The notes: generated by a model from the sequence alone, not told the origin. Shown: positions 37,009-51,045, counted from the whole stretch's first letter. The stretch is 63,328 bases of DNA, filler included, from Octopus bimaculoides (GCF_001194135.2; 7 parts of 7 records of this genome joined end to end with filler, not necessarily neighbours in it); one strand, 5' to 3'. A program made the numbers and translations.

Positions 37009-37745
37009 ATGGAAAATTTGTTGACAGGTTTGATCGAGTTGCAAAAACAACAACAACAGCTGAAAGAACAACAACAACAACAGCAACAGCACCAGCAGAT
37101 ACAACTGCAAGAGCAACAACAGAAGAAACAACACCAAATAAAATTACAGCAACAAATGCTGCAATTACTGAAGCCGTCAGGAAATTCAGAAAAAGTGTTC
37201 TCGATAGACTATGTCGCAAACTCCATAACAGAGTTGAAATACGAATCAGACGAAGGAGTTACCTTCGAAGTATACTCCAGAAGGTACGAGCAAATCTTCG
37301 AGAAAGAATGTAAAGGCTGAGACGACGAAATGAAAACTCACTTAATCCTAAGAAAAGTGGCGGCAGCGGAACATGAACGATACAGTAATTATGTACTCCC
37401 CAAGAAAACCTTCAGACATAAATTTTAGTGACACAATAGATATATTGTGCAAAATTTTCAGTGAAAAAAGCTCATTGTTCAACACACATTGGAAGTGTCT
37501 GAACACAGAAAAATAACAACGAGGACTACACCACATATGCTGGTAGAGTTAACAGGGAATGCGAGAAGTTCAAGTTGGACGAATTAACGTCAGATATGTT
37601 CAAATGCTTGGTTTTTACACTGAGACTAACTGCCGAAAAGGATGCAGAAGTTAGAACTAGAATTCTCACAAAGTTGAAACAAAACCAGGATGTAAACCAA
37701 CAGTAGGTGTCAGAAGAATGTAAAAGGATACGAAATTAAACGTAA
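37009..37745 (+). mobile_element. Gypsy (Mag-like) gag pseudogene with polyQ
   Basis: MENLLTGLIELQKQQQQ..TFEVYSRRYEQIFEK..LILRKVAAAEHERYSNYVLPKK, then after a frameshift SLFNTHWKCLN..EDYTTYAGRVNRECEKFKL..FKCLVF..DAEVRTRIL. Confidence 0.85.
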
Positions 37746-38135
37746 GGATTGTATCCAATGTTTTCAATGTGTCCATTAATTGGGGTAGAAATAAAAAGAG
37801 TTTTAGGACTTCCAGCTCGCAAACATCCTACATATAATTGCCCATGAGAGAAGCAAGGAGAAGCAAGGTTAAGCCCAACAACCTTGAGAGATTGTCCTTG
37901 ATATTTGTTTATTGACATAGCAAATCTTAGTTTCACTGGGAACTGGAGCCGCTTAAATTCAAAGGGGGAGGTTAGATGCAATTAACCGGATCCGTGAAAT
38001 GAAGACATCCTCACCCTTATATTTCCCAGTGATAATTGTTGCTTCTAGGACATGGGATTGCATCGCTTTCACCACCAGTCTGGTGCCATTGCAGATTCCT
38101 GGATTCAGATTTCTGAGCAGCTCAGCGATAAATTT
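37740..38135 (-). mobile_element. Helitron PIF1-like helicase C-terminal fragment
   Basis: LLRNLNPGICNGTRLVVK..EATIITGKYKGEDVFI, frameshift, PFEFKRLQFPVKLRFAMSINKYQGQSL..CFSHGQLYVGC. Confidence 0.9.
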
Positions 38136-38929
38136 GCGAAGAAAAAANNNNNNNNNNNNNNNNNNNNNNNNNNNNNNNNNNNNNNNNNNNNNNNNNNNNN
38201 NNNNNNNNNNNNNNNNNNNNNNNNNNNNNNNNNNNNNNNNNNNNNNNNNNNNNNNNNNNNNNNNNNNNNNNNNNNNNNNNNNNNNNNNNNNNNNNNNNNN
38301 NNNNNNNNNNNNNNNNNNNNNNNNNNNNNNNNNNNNNNNNNNNNNNNNNNNNNNNNNNNNNNNNNNNNNNNNNNNNNNNNNNNNNNNNNNNNNNNNNNNN
38401 NNNNNNNNNNNNNNNNNNNNNNNNNNNNNNNNNNNNNNNNNNNNNNNNNNNNNNNNNNNNNNNNNNNNNNNNNNNNNNNNNNNNNNNNNNNNNNNNNNNN
38501 NNNNNNNNNNNNNNNNNNNNNNNNNNNNNNNNNNNNNNNNNNNNNNNNNNNNNNNNNNNNNNNNNNNNNNNNNNNNNNNNNNNNNNNNNNNNNNNNNNNN
38601 NNNNNNNNNNNNNNNNNNNNNNNNNNNNNNNNNNNNNNNNNNNNNNNNNNNNNNNNNNNNNNNNNNNNNNNNNNNNNNNNNNNNNNNNNNNNNNNNNNNN
38701 NNNNNNNNNNNNNNNNNNNNNNNNNNNNNNNNNNNNNNNNNNNNNNNNNNNNNNNNNNNNNNNNNNNNNNCATATATATATGTAAAAGGTTGAAGAGGAA
38801 CACACGAGTAGATATATTTGGAAAAAAGACAAAGTAGAAAATGCTAAAAATACTTTTATAATTTTAGCAGTTTCTACTTTGTCTTTTTTCCATATACATA
38901 TATATGTATATTTATATATATATACGAAT

Positions 38930-39125
38930 GTGTGTGTGTGTGTACGTGTGCTTTTCTCTCCACCACCGTTTTTGACAACAGTGTTGATTTGTTTATGCAC
39001 CCCTGTAACTTAGCGGCTCGGCAAAAAGGGAGAGATATAATTACCAGATTTAAGTAGTCGATTTGTTCAATCAAAACTCTTCAAGACCAGCATGACCTCA
39101 GTTCAATGACTAAAATAAGTAAAAG
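38930..39125 (+). mobile_element. SINE family D tail
   Basis: CCCTGTAACTTAGCGGCTCGGCAAAA..ATGACTAAAATAAGTAAAAGA. Confidence 0.75.
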
Positions 39126-39501
39126 AAAGTAAAAGCACCAGAAATTGTACAACTTTCATACAAATCTAACCGTAATGAAGTTCACGCTAAAAAACAAATG
39201 GCGCCCAGAAAATTTTCTTAGCCATGACGTCAGCAAATATGGTGGCGAAAAAAGAAAACAAGGAGTTGTAATTTTGCAAGAAGAATTTTGTTCTTGGCTG
39301 ACCAAACTAAACATTTTAGGTAAATCTGTAATTGCTTTTACTATCTGCATATATTAGGGGAATATCTTTTGTAGCCTAGGTATTGTTTCACGCGTTTAAA
39401 TCTTATAACTTATTTGATTTTTAAAGATAAGTTTCTTGAATATGTTTACATAATCTGCTTCCAGCCGTGATAATTTAGCCGACTGTTAGGGTTGCTGTCT
39501 T

Positions 39502-39544
<43 letters not shown>

Positions 39545-39545
<1 letters not shown>

Positions 39546-39735
39546 CATGTCAGTGTGTGTAGACTAGTGGTTAGTGTGTTGCATTCACTATTGTGAGGTC
39601 GTGGTTTCGAATCCCAGACCGAGTTTTGCGTTGTTGTCGTTGAGTAAAACACTTGATTTCACGTTGCTCTGAGATCATTTCGTCATTTGACATGCGGCAC
39701 GTCGTGCACCTGTACAGGTAAATGCCCTGAGCAGT
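39545..39735 (+). mobile_element. diverged SINE family B-like
   Basis: A box TAGACTAGTGG, B box GTTTCGAATCC, GAGTAAAACACTTGATTTCACGTTGCTC. Confidence 0.65.
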
Positions 39736-41170
39736 CTTTATAGAAACCACCGAATAAGTAATTAAGTACATGAATGAATATTAAACTGGTTCTTCCTTTT
39801 TAATGTTTATAATTGATATATACACACCTTTTGCCTATTTTGGTTATGATATACTTATATCCAACTGACTACTCCTAATGTCTTATTTCCTCCCTGGAGA
39901 AAAGGGATACATATGATAATATTTATGACCATATCTAGCCATGAGCTGTCAACTCACTCTTGTCCTTTATTCAAAATAGACAGTCTTCTAGTCTTAGATT
40001 TAATAGTTGAGAAAGAGATAAATGAATTACAATCCCTTACAACCCTATGGCACCACTTTGCACCATGCGATTCTTAGAAGTCTAGTCTATTCTTAGCTAC
40101 AATAGCGACAACATGAATTTCTTCCATCTTCTTGCTTTGTTAAAATATTTGAGAAAAATTATATTAATGTGTCCTACTTGTTAAAATTCCTTTTATTTAT
40201 TTGTGTAGCTGAAGATGGCGTTGCATTTAAATTTATATAGTGTAACTAAAACAACTATAACTTTTTAGCATAAGTGAAGAAAAATTGAAACTTTTTTCTT
40301 TTGTCTTTGGTCATTAAGTGTTATTTCCTATTTGCTTCTATCTAGAAATCAAAGGAAATGACTACTATTCCCTTCAAACATTGTTTCTGTGAACATCAAT
40401 GTTTTGAAACTGATCTATATTCCATTACACTTCAGACATTTTTAGCGATGAGTTGCTGAAGCAGAAATATCATTATAGCAAATATTCTGTTCAGTACCAC
40501 AGATTTGCTTGTTACGTGTTTGACCTTAACCACTCGAGCATGTCCCTTAGTGGCCGACATTATATGCATCTCTGATCATGAACAGGAGCAGTGGGGGAGC
40601 ACCGTAGCCATTTGCTGAGAAGCATTGTTTGGGGTTTGAATAAACGTAAAAAAAGTAAATTTTGAAGGAAACAGCCGTTTTACATAGTTCCTATGGATAA
40701 GCCAATAGGAAACAACAGTTGCTACCCAAGGACAAAAATCGTGCATCACAGTGTAATTTATATAAACATATACAACAAAAGTAATATGGATGGAAGAGAA
40801 CGAGGAAAAATAATGAGTTACATGTTGCTTCGCATCTTTTGTATACAGAAAGGTTTTAGTGTATACATTCTTGAGTATAGGAATAAAGTCATATTTAGCT
40901 GACCTGAATCTGGTTTCACTGATATCAGCTTCTAAAGTTTTACGTAATTTTCCCATATTTTTTCTTATTTAAAACTATGTACGGTTTAATGATTAAGCAT
41001 GCATGTCACACAGACACACAGACACACGTATGCATGTATGAATATGTGTATCTTTTACTTGTTTAAGTCATTGGACTGCGGTCATACTGGGGCACTGTTT
41101 TGAAAGGTTAAGTGAAAAAAAAAAAAGTGACCTCAGTAATTAGCTTAAGTGCGGTATTTATAATGGTCCT

Positions 41171-41529
41171 TATTTACGGAGATTATCTAAGGGAGAACTC
41201 CGTAAATAAAATAAACAAAAATTTAGATCTACGTTAATTATAACCTATATAATTTCTTAGATAAAGAGATAATAAAATATAAATAAAATATATCATAATT
41301 TTACTAAGTCTTTCAGAAGTAACTAAATTAGAAGTTAGCGGAATAAAGATTATTTACGAAGACTATCGACGGGAGAACACCGTAAAAAAATAATAAACAA
41401 AAGCATCAGCATAAAATATAGATCTACGATAAATACAATCTATATTATTTCCTAGATAAAGAGATAAAAAACTATAAATAATATACATCACAATTTCACA
41501 AAGTCTTTCAGAAGTAACGAAATCAGAGT
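41171..41529 (+). repeat. diverged 180-bp tandem dimer
   Basis: Units start TATTTACG at 41171 and 41351, sharing GGGAGAAC.CCGTAAA, TAGATCTACG, TAGATAAAGAGATAA and AAGTCTTTCAGAAGTAAC. Confidence 0.85.
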
Positions 41530-41680
41530 CTTGCAATAAGAATACAAGCTATAAAGTACACAATAATTAAAATTATTAAGCTTAGTTTCTATCACAATTA
41601 ATACATATATTTTGAATCAGCATTTTGCAATCTGGCAGTCCTTTTACATGGAATTTCGTCTGTCTTTTTGAATCCAAACC

Positions 41681-41755
41681 CTGAAGAGACTTGTATACAT
41701 AGATATGAATTGTTTATAAATCAAATAATGTATAGAAGTCGAAGTAGATTGTTGG
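41681..41755 (+). ncRNA. degenerate hammerhead-like motif with long stem II
   Basis: CUGAAGA-GACUUgUAUACAU...AUGUAUAgAAGUC-GAAG; the 3' core is mutated. Confidence 0.35.
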
Positions 41756-41879
41756 CCTTTCTGGCTTTTAATAATCTTTTATGTTATCTTATACTCATTA
41801 TATTATATTTACATTATAATATAAATTAATTGTTAAGTTGTCAATTGTATTTATTTAATTTATTGTTTGTATATATATA

Positions 41880-42043
41880 TATCTCCGTGTTTTTCTCCTT
41901 GTCTCCGTATTCTTTCTGTTGAAGAGCGTAGCTCGAAACGTCAAAGACTTTCCGTATTCCCGAGCGTCATACTAATATATCCTTTTGTTATTTACACCAC
42001 CTGTCCTCGTCTGTTGTTGTTTTTCGTACATTCTCCCATATAT
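41880..42043 (+). mobile_element. PLE-type tail repeat containing a hammerhead-like motif (41911-41947)
   Basis: UCUUU-CUGUUGA-A-GAGC gua GCUC-GAA-ACGU-C-AAAGA; second copy at 53810-53980. Confidence 0.65.
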
Positions 42044-42611
42044 NNNNNNNNNNNNNNNNNNNNNNNNNNNNNNNNNNNNNNNNNNNNNNNNNNNNNNNNN
42101 NNNNNNNNNNNNNNNNNNNNNNNNNNNNNNNNNNNNNNNNNNNNNNNNNNNNNNNNNNNNNNNNNNNNNNNNNNNNNNNNNNNNNNNNNNNNNNNNNNNN
42201 NNNNNNNNNNNNNNNNNNNNNNNNNNNNNNNNNNNNNNNNNNNNNNNNNNNNNNNNNNNNNNNNNNNNNNNNNNNNNNNNNNNNNNNNNNNNNNNNNNNN
42301 NNNNNNNNNNNNNNNNNNNNNNNNNNNNNNNNNNNNNNNNNNNNNNNNNNNNNNNNNNNNNNNNNNNNNNNNNNNNNNNNNNNNNNNNNNNNNNNNNNNN
42401 NNNNNNNNNNNNNNNNNNNNNNNNNNNNNNNNNNNNNNNNNNNNNNNNNNNNNNNNNNNNNNNNNNNNNNNNNNNNNNNNNNNNNNNNNNNNNNNNNNNN
42501 NNNNNNNNNNNNNNNNNNNNNNNNNNNNNNNNNNNNNNNNNNNNNNATATATATATATATATATATATATATGGTATATATGTGTGTGTTTCTGTGTATA
42601 CACATATATGT

Positions 42612-42646
<35 letters not shown>

Positions 42647-42778
42647 TATGTATGTGCAGACATGCCTGCAAACATGTACAAGTATGTCTGTGTATACATA
42701 TACGTATATATGAGTGTGTGTGTGTGCATATGTATATATACAGAAAGAGAGAGAGAGAGAGAAAGAAAGAAAAAAGAA

Positions 42779-42815
<37 letters not shown>

Positions 42816-42951
42816 AAAAAGAATGAGAGAGGGAGGTAGATGCCTAGATAGATTCTCAGATAGATAAATATACTGACATTTGTTGTATGGCCCCAGGTGA
42901 GCCCTAAATAATCAGATCTATGATAAAAAATATCCTAATTGTGAAAACCCC

Positions 42952-42999
<48 letters not shown>

Positions 43000-43099
43000 N
43001 NNNNNNNNNNNNNNNNNNNNNNNNNNNNNNNNNNNNNNNNNNNTTAATTAATTAANNNNNNNNNNNNNNNNNNNNNNNNNNNNNNNNNNNNNNNNNNNN

Positions 43100-44648
43100 T
43101 CGCCATAGCCACAAGTACGATGAAAATAGCTCTTCCTTCCCGTTTAAAAGAAGGAGGCGCGACAATATTCACGATAGACTCGGCTGATAGACCGACTCGT
43201 CCCACACGCGATAGCAGTTGTTCGACGTAAGCCCACAGCTCGGAAATGGTGGGACATTGTACGAGTGCGTGCAGAACTGTTTCGTCGCTCCGCCCGCATC
43301 TCGGACAAGTCGGACCCGTGTTTCTCGAGCTATGCCTGTAGAGCTTATCCCGAACGGGTACAGCTTCTCGATAGCACTGCCAGGCCAGGGATCACTGGAA
43401 GTTGGCCATAGGTCCCGGCCCGAAGGTCGTCTTAAATAGGCGGGTCAGGTATTCCTCGTCGACGCCCAGGTTCGCCCCGAGATCGTCGTCGTACCTTCCC
43501 TCCACTAATCCACTATAGAACGCGTTAGTTGTGATGCAGTCGCTCAAGGTTGACCCGGGGTGTTGGAGTTGCCGGAGAGCAACGCGACACTCGCGGTGCC
43601 ANNNNNNNNNNNNNNNNNNNNNNNNNNNNNNNNNNNNNNNNNNNNNNNNNNNNNNNNNNNNNNNNNNNNNNNNNNNNNNNNNNNNNNNNNNNNNNNNNNN
43701 NNNNNNNNNNNNNNNNNNNNNNNNNNNNNNNNNNNNNNNNNNNNNNNNNNNNNNNNNNNNNNNNNNNNNNNNNNNNNNNNNNNNNNNNNNNNNNNNNNNN
43801 NNNNNNNNNNNNNNNNNNNNNNNNNNNNNNNNNNNNNNNNNNNNNNNNNNNNNNNNNNNNNNNNNNNNNNNNNNNNNNNNNNNNNNNNNNNNNNNNNNNN
43901 NNNNNNNNNNNNNNNNNNNNNNNNNNNNNNNNNNNNNNNNNNNNNNNNNNNNNNNNNNNNNNNNNNNNNNNNNNNNNNNNNNNNNNNNNNNNNNNNNNNN
44001 NNNNNNNNNNNNNNNNNNNNNNNNNNNNNNNNNNNNNNNNNNNNNNNNNNNNNNNNNNNNNNNNNNNNNNNNNNNNNNNNNNNNNNNNNNNNNNNNNNNN
44101 NNNNNNNNNNNNNNNNNNNNNNNNNNNNNNNNNNNNNNNNNNNNNNNNNNNNNNNNNNNNNNNNNNNNNNNNNNNNNNNNNNNNNNNNNNNNNNNNNNNN
44201 NNNNNNNNNNNNNNNNNNNNNNNNNNNNNNNNNNNNNNNNNNNNNNNNNNNNNNNNNNNNNNNNNNNNNNNNNNNNNNNNNNNNNNNNNNNNNNNNNNNN
44301 NNNNNNNNNNNNNNNNNNNNNNNNNNNNNNNNNNNNNNNNNNNNNNNNNNNNNNNNNNNNNNNNNNNNNNNNNNNNNNNNNNNNNNNNNNNNNNNNNNNN
44401 NNNNNNNNNNNNNNNNNNNNNNNNNNNNNNNNNNNNGTTTGCGCCTTGCCGATCAGTTTCTCGATGACAAGCGCCAACCGCTTGGCTAACACTTTGGCCA
44501 AAATTTTCAGGTCTGCATTGAGCAGAGTGATGGGCCTAAAGTTATCTATGACGTCCCCCTTGTTTGGATCTTTCTTCAGCAGCGTTACGGCTCCTCGGCT
44601 CCCAAAACTGGGAATGCTCCCGTTTTGCTTCCAGTTGCAGTACACCGC
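43100..44648 (-). mobile_element. Tx1/L1-clade LINE ORF2 (RT start, gap, C-terminal Zn finger)
   Basis: [33 protein letters not shown]; downstream CPRCGRSDETVLHALVQC (CCHC). GC-richer than the flanks. Confidence 0.9.
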
Positions 44649-44649
44649 C

Positions 44650-44713
44650 TGACAGATAGACAGATAGACAGATAGCTCGATAGAATGACAGGCAGACAGA
44701 CAGACAGACAGAC

Positions 44714-44747
<34 letters not shown>

Positions 44748-44793
44748 CTAGACAGATAGACAGACAGCTCGATAGACAGACAGACAGACAGGC

Positions 44794-44872
<79 letters not shown>
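44650..44872. repeat. (GACA)/(GATA)n microsatellite
   Basis: Read directly from the sequence. Confidence 0.95.
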
Positions 44873-46781
44873 CTTGTGTTATATTTTGGATGACCAATTT
44901 TGATTCTCCATCTATTAAATAGTTAAAACTTAAATCCGATCTACTTTTAAACTCATTCGGAATACTGTTACAGATTTCGGAGCGCAGATCAAGGTTTTTA
45001 ACTAGAGATTGGTGAATCTATTAATTCCAGGAGCTTTCCAATTCCAAGCAGTTTTTATTGCCGTCGAGAATACACCTTTAATTATGTCTGAGCAGGTTTA
45101 CGGTACTTAATTTTTCTTTTTGTTCTTATTTAGCTTTCTTTGCTAATATGCTTATTGTTGTCATCAAATGCGAAGAACACCTTAGCAAGCAGACAAGCTG
45201 ACTACCATTCTGTAACAATTTAGAAAATTCTGGCTTTATGCACACACACACACACAAAATGCTTACACACACACAGCGACACACATCTATATGTACTACC
45301 TGTTATTACACTTCAAACAACTCAACAAACAAGCAAAAATGAGAAGGGTCCGCATAACGTGTGAAAACAACCTGGTTATTAGCAAATATATACATACATA
45401 AAGAATACATGAAAGAGGGATGCGGCGTCATCTGCTGCGGTTGAGGAGTGGGCGAATAGGGAAAGAAGAAGAAGAAGAAGAAGAAGAAGAAGAAGAAGAA
45501 GAAGAAGAAGAAGAAGAAGAAGAAGAAGAAGAAGAAGAAGAAGAAGAAGAAGAAGAAGAAGAACGGCGAGAGAAAGGACAAGAAGAGCAAGATATATTTC
45601 AAAGGAGGTCAGATTGTTCTTCTTGATTTCTTTATACTTACTGTCTGTATGGAGAAATGGAGAAGACAGTCTGTTCCTGTTTTATTGTCTATATGGCGAG
45701 GAAGAGGGAGAGAGGTGGGAGGTAAAGAGTGCAGAACCTAATAAGGCGGGTTGGTCAAGGCTAGAATGCCTTTGATCATAGGTGTGCTGAGTGGGTTGGG
45801 GAGAGATACCGTTACCCCTTAGCTATCTAGAAATGGTGGGAACCAACGCTGAAATTGAATTTGGTAAAGAAAAACATTGCCTGTTTGGGTAGATTAAAGC
45901 TTCTTTTTCTTGGTAGAGTCGCTTCTGAAGAAACGCATACAAGGTTTGATGAGTGTTCCCGGATTACATTAAGCAATGTTTTAAGACTGTAGAATTGGTA
46001 TGACTTTGTCAGGAGGGAAGATGAGTGCCCACGATCTGCTACAAGGGCAGCAAAACTGGAAGACAGATGAGCAGGAGGGAGTTTAAATATTCTCAAACCG
46101 AATACTTGTCCGAATGCGTATGCTATGTTACTGAGACAATGGCTGTTGATCTCGACTAAAAGAATTTCAAAACTCCCATTATACATGTCAATTCATAAGT
46201 AACCCCACGAATTAATTGAGATTACTATTTGAGATTATTAAGCATGATGGTGATTTAATGCCTGGCACTGCAGCTTCATTGACAGTCAATGTGTAGAATT
46301 GTTTACCAGTTCTACAACATTGGGGAAATGAAATATTGATATTGCTGTTCATAGGTAAAGGTAAAGGTGTCATATCAAACTATAGCAACTTCAGTTTCTC
46401 TGTATCAAATTTTATATAAAGCGTTTGCTCGTCTCGATACTATGGTAGAACTTAAATGATAGATACAAATCACGGGATTATCGTGCTGCGAAGCAGACTC
46501 GAACACGCAGCACCGTAAGCATTAAACAGTCAAGTGTTTACCTTTGCTTTCAGGTACTTTCAAAACCACGCTATTGCATTATAGAAATGTTTTGATTAGT
46601 TATCACCTCTTCCAGGAGAAAGATGCCAACAAGTCTACAGTAAAGGTAGCCATTACTATAGCCAATTCTGGCAACCAGTGTAGACAGTATAGGAAATTTA
46701 TGGTAGATAAATGCATACATACACGCACACATACACCGGTGTGTGTGAGCGATATTATCTGCTGTCTATTATATATTATTA

Positions 46782-46836
<55 letters not shown>

Positions 46837-47224
46837 TGCATGTATGTATAGATATAGATATGTGTGTGTATACATACATACATGCATGCATATATATATG
46901 ATGAAAGTAAATAAATTCCTGTGAAAATCAATCTAGAGCTTGGTGATATATTTCACTCTTATATCGCTTGAGATGCTTGGCAACTCTCACTTACAATGTT
47001 TTACTTCATATTTGAAAAAAGAGGTAAAAGCGAGGCAAAAGAATGAAAGGACTCTGTTTCTACCCAACAGACCACAGGTAATACAATTGCGATGTCTTCA
47101 GATACACAACCATACTAAATCAGAAGAGAATTTTAAAAACTACCACATCAGAACGACTACGTCCGCGACCCCCAACATCCCTATAACCACCACCACCGCC
47201 ACCACCAAAAACAACACCACCACC

Positions 47225-47263
<39 letters not shown>

Positions 47264-48798
47264 GGTTTTGAAAGAAGAAAATTTTCAACATTGGCAATAA
47301 CCGGTCTAATTCCTTTGTCTATGAGTGGGTTCATATGTGTTGATTCGCGTGTGCTTACGCTCACAGACGTATGCACAAAGATGCATGAAGACATGAGTCA
47401 TTTAAAAGCGTTCTAACTGTAATCGTCCCGTTTTTTCAAAGGGATATAACCGTGGCCCTTTCTTTCTTCTGAGTTTCAAATATGAGTATACTATCTTTTA
47501 AAAGTTTTTTTTTTTTTCCCGTATATGTGGTACTTCTACTAGATCTAAATCCCCATTGAAACTCTGAGACAGCGATGGTGTTTATGTGTCCCTGCAAACG
47601 ATTCAACAACAGTTGAGTGGAAACCGTGTCAGCCCTTTACAATTAAAGCAATGCCACGAAAGCCACCGAAGTTTGACTCTATACTTTTACATTCGAACAA
47701 CGATATCAATGTTTCATATCTCCTAATCTTATGTGACTAGTGAAGCATTCTATATCTTGGATAATGATTCCTAGATATACCCTGCATGAAAATAACAAGA
47801 TGCCATCAGGAGAGAAATGGTCGTAGTCAAAGGTTTACTGGGCTAAACAACAAATACATAAAACTCGTGAGATACGAAAAGACTGAAATTTAAGGCGGGT
47901 CCTTTATCGAACAAGAAAACAGGAAGTGTTATTACGGATTTGTCTAAGTCATCTCTGAACCAGCGAACATATGACCACGTTCAAGCCGTGAACATCCTGT
48001 TAAGTTATAATGCAGTATATCTTAAGCTACACCGTTAGTAAATATGTCATTCCTGTTAAGACAGTAAAGTGTCGTTTTAGGGAAATCTGACTGCTATTTG
48101 TAGCAAGTAAAGCGACTGTGAATTGTTTCACTCGTTAGCTGATATCAAGAAGAGTATTCAACGGTGATAAATAAAATTCAATTGTCTTAAGACAACAGCC
48201 AACCCTCTCACACACCACAACCTAGTCTTACAACAGGACGCATACGTTGGCTAATATACACAGGCCACACTTTTGCTGAAAAAAGACGGGTTGGTCATGT
48301 TTTGCACGCCTTTGATTGTATGTCTACGTGATCAGCGCTGAGTAAGTAACACAGCAGCACAACAACGATTTCAATACTTGTCTTTGTTGACTTTTACTTG
48401 TTCTTTTTCTTACATGGCTTCCCAAGTAGCTTTCTCATTTTCCTTTCCCATCGTTCTAGAGACACTGCTAATTTGGCATTACCTGACATCCTATAGGTAC
48501 ATTGGAAAGGTGCTCTCGCTCAGTACAATACTATGTGTGTGTGTGTATACATACATTTATATATTTATATTTTTATATTTATATATGTATGCATGCGTGT
48601 ATGTATGTATGTATGTATGTATGTTAGGAGAGATATAGACAAGAAGTTAAGTTAAAGTACAGTTCGGGGGGCATTTTAGTGTTCTTCAGCATTACAGGTA
48701 GCCAGGCAGTCTAGGAACGACCATTTAGCGCAAAGTAGAAATCACAGACACATAAAACAAGGAAACAAAATAGTGATAATAATAATAATAAAAATAAC

Positions 48799-48839
<41 letters not shown>

Positions 48840-48954
48840 TAATAATAGGCGGCACGCACTGCTCTCCACTCAGTAATAATAACAATAAGAGATGAAGAGA
48901 GTTAGGGGTGATAAGGAGGGGAAGATAAATAAAAATGAAATTAAATGGAACGAT

Positions 48955-49098
48955 AGAGAAAATGAGAAAGATAGAGAAAAGGAGAAAGAGAGAGAAAAGG
49001 AGAAAGAGAGAGACAATGAGAAAGATAGAGAAAAGGAGAAAGAGAGAGAAAAGGAGAAAGTGAGAGAAAAGGAGAAAGAGAGAGAAAAGGAGAAAGAG
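48955..49098. repeat. purine minisatellite (~18-bp GAGAAAAGGAGAAAGAGA)
   Basis: Read directly from the sequence. Confidence 0.85.
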
Positions 49099-49222
49099 TG
49101 ATGAAACTGAAGGGTGTTGCTTAAGTTATTTCGAGGTTTTTAATCGTTTTATGTTTTCATTTTTTTAGTTGTTCAATACTATGTGCGTGCGCGTGAATGT
49201 TATACATACATACATATTTATA

Positions 49223-49266
<44 letters not shown>

Positions 49267-49273
49267 CATGCAT

Positions 49274-49344
<71 letters not shown>

Positions 49345-50018
49345 AACACACACAAGCATTCATACACATTTATACATATGTGCGTGTCTGTGTGTATTTA
49401 TGTGTGTACGTGTACACTTACACAAATATACACGCACACATACCCTCGTATTATTTTTACTCTTTCCTCTGAGGTCAATTGTAAAGGCCACAAAGCTGTT
49501 AAAATCACAAACAGCAACGTCTGGTCACATAAGTAATATTTTGACAACTCAACGAGAATAATTGGATATCTGATAGGGGGCGCCAATTGCTATGGCGGCC
49601 GATGAACAGTAAGTGAAAGATTATTGAGCCCTGGTTGCACTGTTGCTTTCGTCATCATCGTCTTCGTTGTCGTTGTTGTTGTTGTTGTTGTTACTGTTAC
49701 TATCATTCTTATTTTCTTGTTGTTGTTTACTCGTGATAGACGTTTCTTGTGAATACCATTGTTGCTTATTCTTATTATTTTCCCTTTAAATTTTGTTATT
49801 TTATTACTTCGTCTTGTTTTTTCTTCTTCATTCGCTTCTTCGTTTTTTTTTTCCAAATTTTTTATGTCATTTCGTTTCATTTTGTTGTTTCGTTTCGTTT
49901 CTTTTTGACGTACCTCTGTGCCGTGTAACAGTCCAATTATGAAAATACATTATCAACTTGATGCTTGTTATCCTTTTCCCTCGAAATGGCATAGAACTGA
50001 CTCCTGAGAAGCGGCTAT

Positions 50019-50073
<55 letters not shown>

Positions 50074-50361
50074 TGCTCTTTCTTTTGCTCTTTCTCTTGC
50101 TCTCATTCATTCACTCACTCTCCTTCTCTCCTTCTTTCCCCCACTTCCATCACACTATTATCCCTCTCCCTCTTTTCTTCTCTCTCACTTTCTCACTACA
50201 CACACACTACACCTCTCACTTCTCCCTCGTCACACTGATTGACCTCCAACTCCCTTACCCATTTGTTTCTCTTATTTCTCGCTATCTATTTTCTACTCGT
50301 TACCATTTTGCCTTCGTATTCATTCTCTCTCACTTCTTTCCTTTCTTCCTTTCTCTCTCTT

Positions 50362-50405
<44 letters not shown>

Positions 50406-50460
50406 ATTCTCTCCATATATATGTGTGTGTGCGTGCGCGCGTGTATAAGTACATATTTGC

Positions 50461-50498
<38 letters not shown>

Positions 50499-50861
50499 AA
50501 AAAGATGGTGCTTACATACAAGTATATTCGTGTAATATGCAAATATGCAGAAATGCAGGGAGAAGGTTTGGCAGACAAAAGAAGTAGCAGATACCTTCGA
50601 AAGAGTTTCTTGTTGGTTATGAAGCATGGCCCAGGCCACGTTTAATTTAATAGCACCATCTGCTAAAGTTCTTTAAGTCATGATTTAGTAGTTTATGATT
50701 TGTGTCACTATGGCCTACACCAATAAGGTGTTGTCGATGTCCGAAACGTATCCAGGTACTAAGTGGTTCGTTTGAGAAATTTGTCTAGGTACCGTTTATA
50801 GGTTGCAGAGTCGATTTTTCCCCCTAGTTTTGTTTCTGGATAATGTCAAATAAATTAGGAA

Positions 50862-51045
50862 GACGACAAGATGGCAGAATCGTTAGCACGCCGAGCAAAA
50901 TGCTTAGCGGCATTTTGTGCGTCTTTATCTTCTAAGTCCAAATTCTGCCGGGGTCGTCTTTACTTTTCATCCTTTCGGAGTCGATAAATTAAATACCAAC
51001 TGAACACTGGGGTCGATGTAATCGACTTACCCCTTCCCCGAAATT
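50862..51045 (+). mobile_element. SINE family A
   Basis: Homologous to 18649 and 30329. Confidence 0.85.

Noticed and set aside
45827-46186. 119-aa ORF
   Set aside because: No recognisable domain in either orientation.
50725-50760. CCGAAACGUA hammerhead 3' half
   Set aside because: No CUGANGA or stem II upstream.
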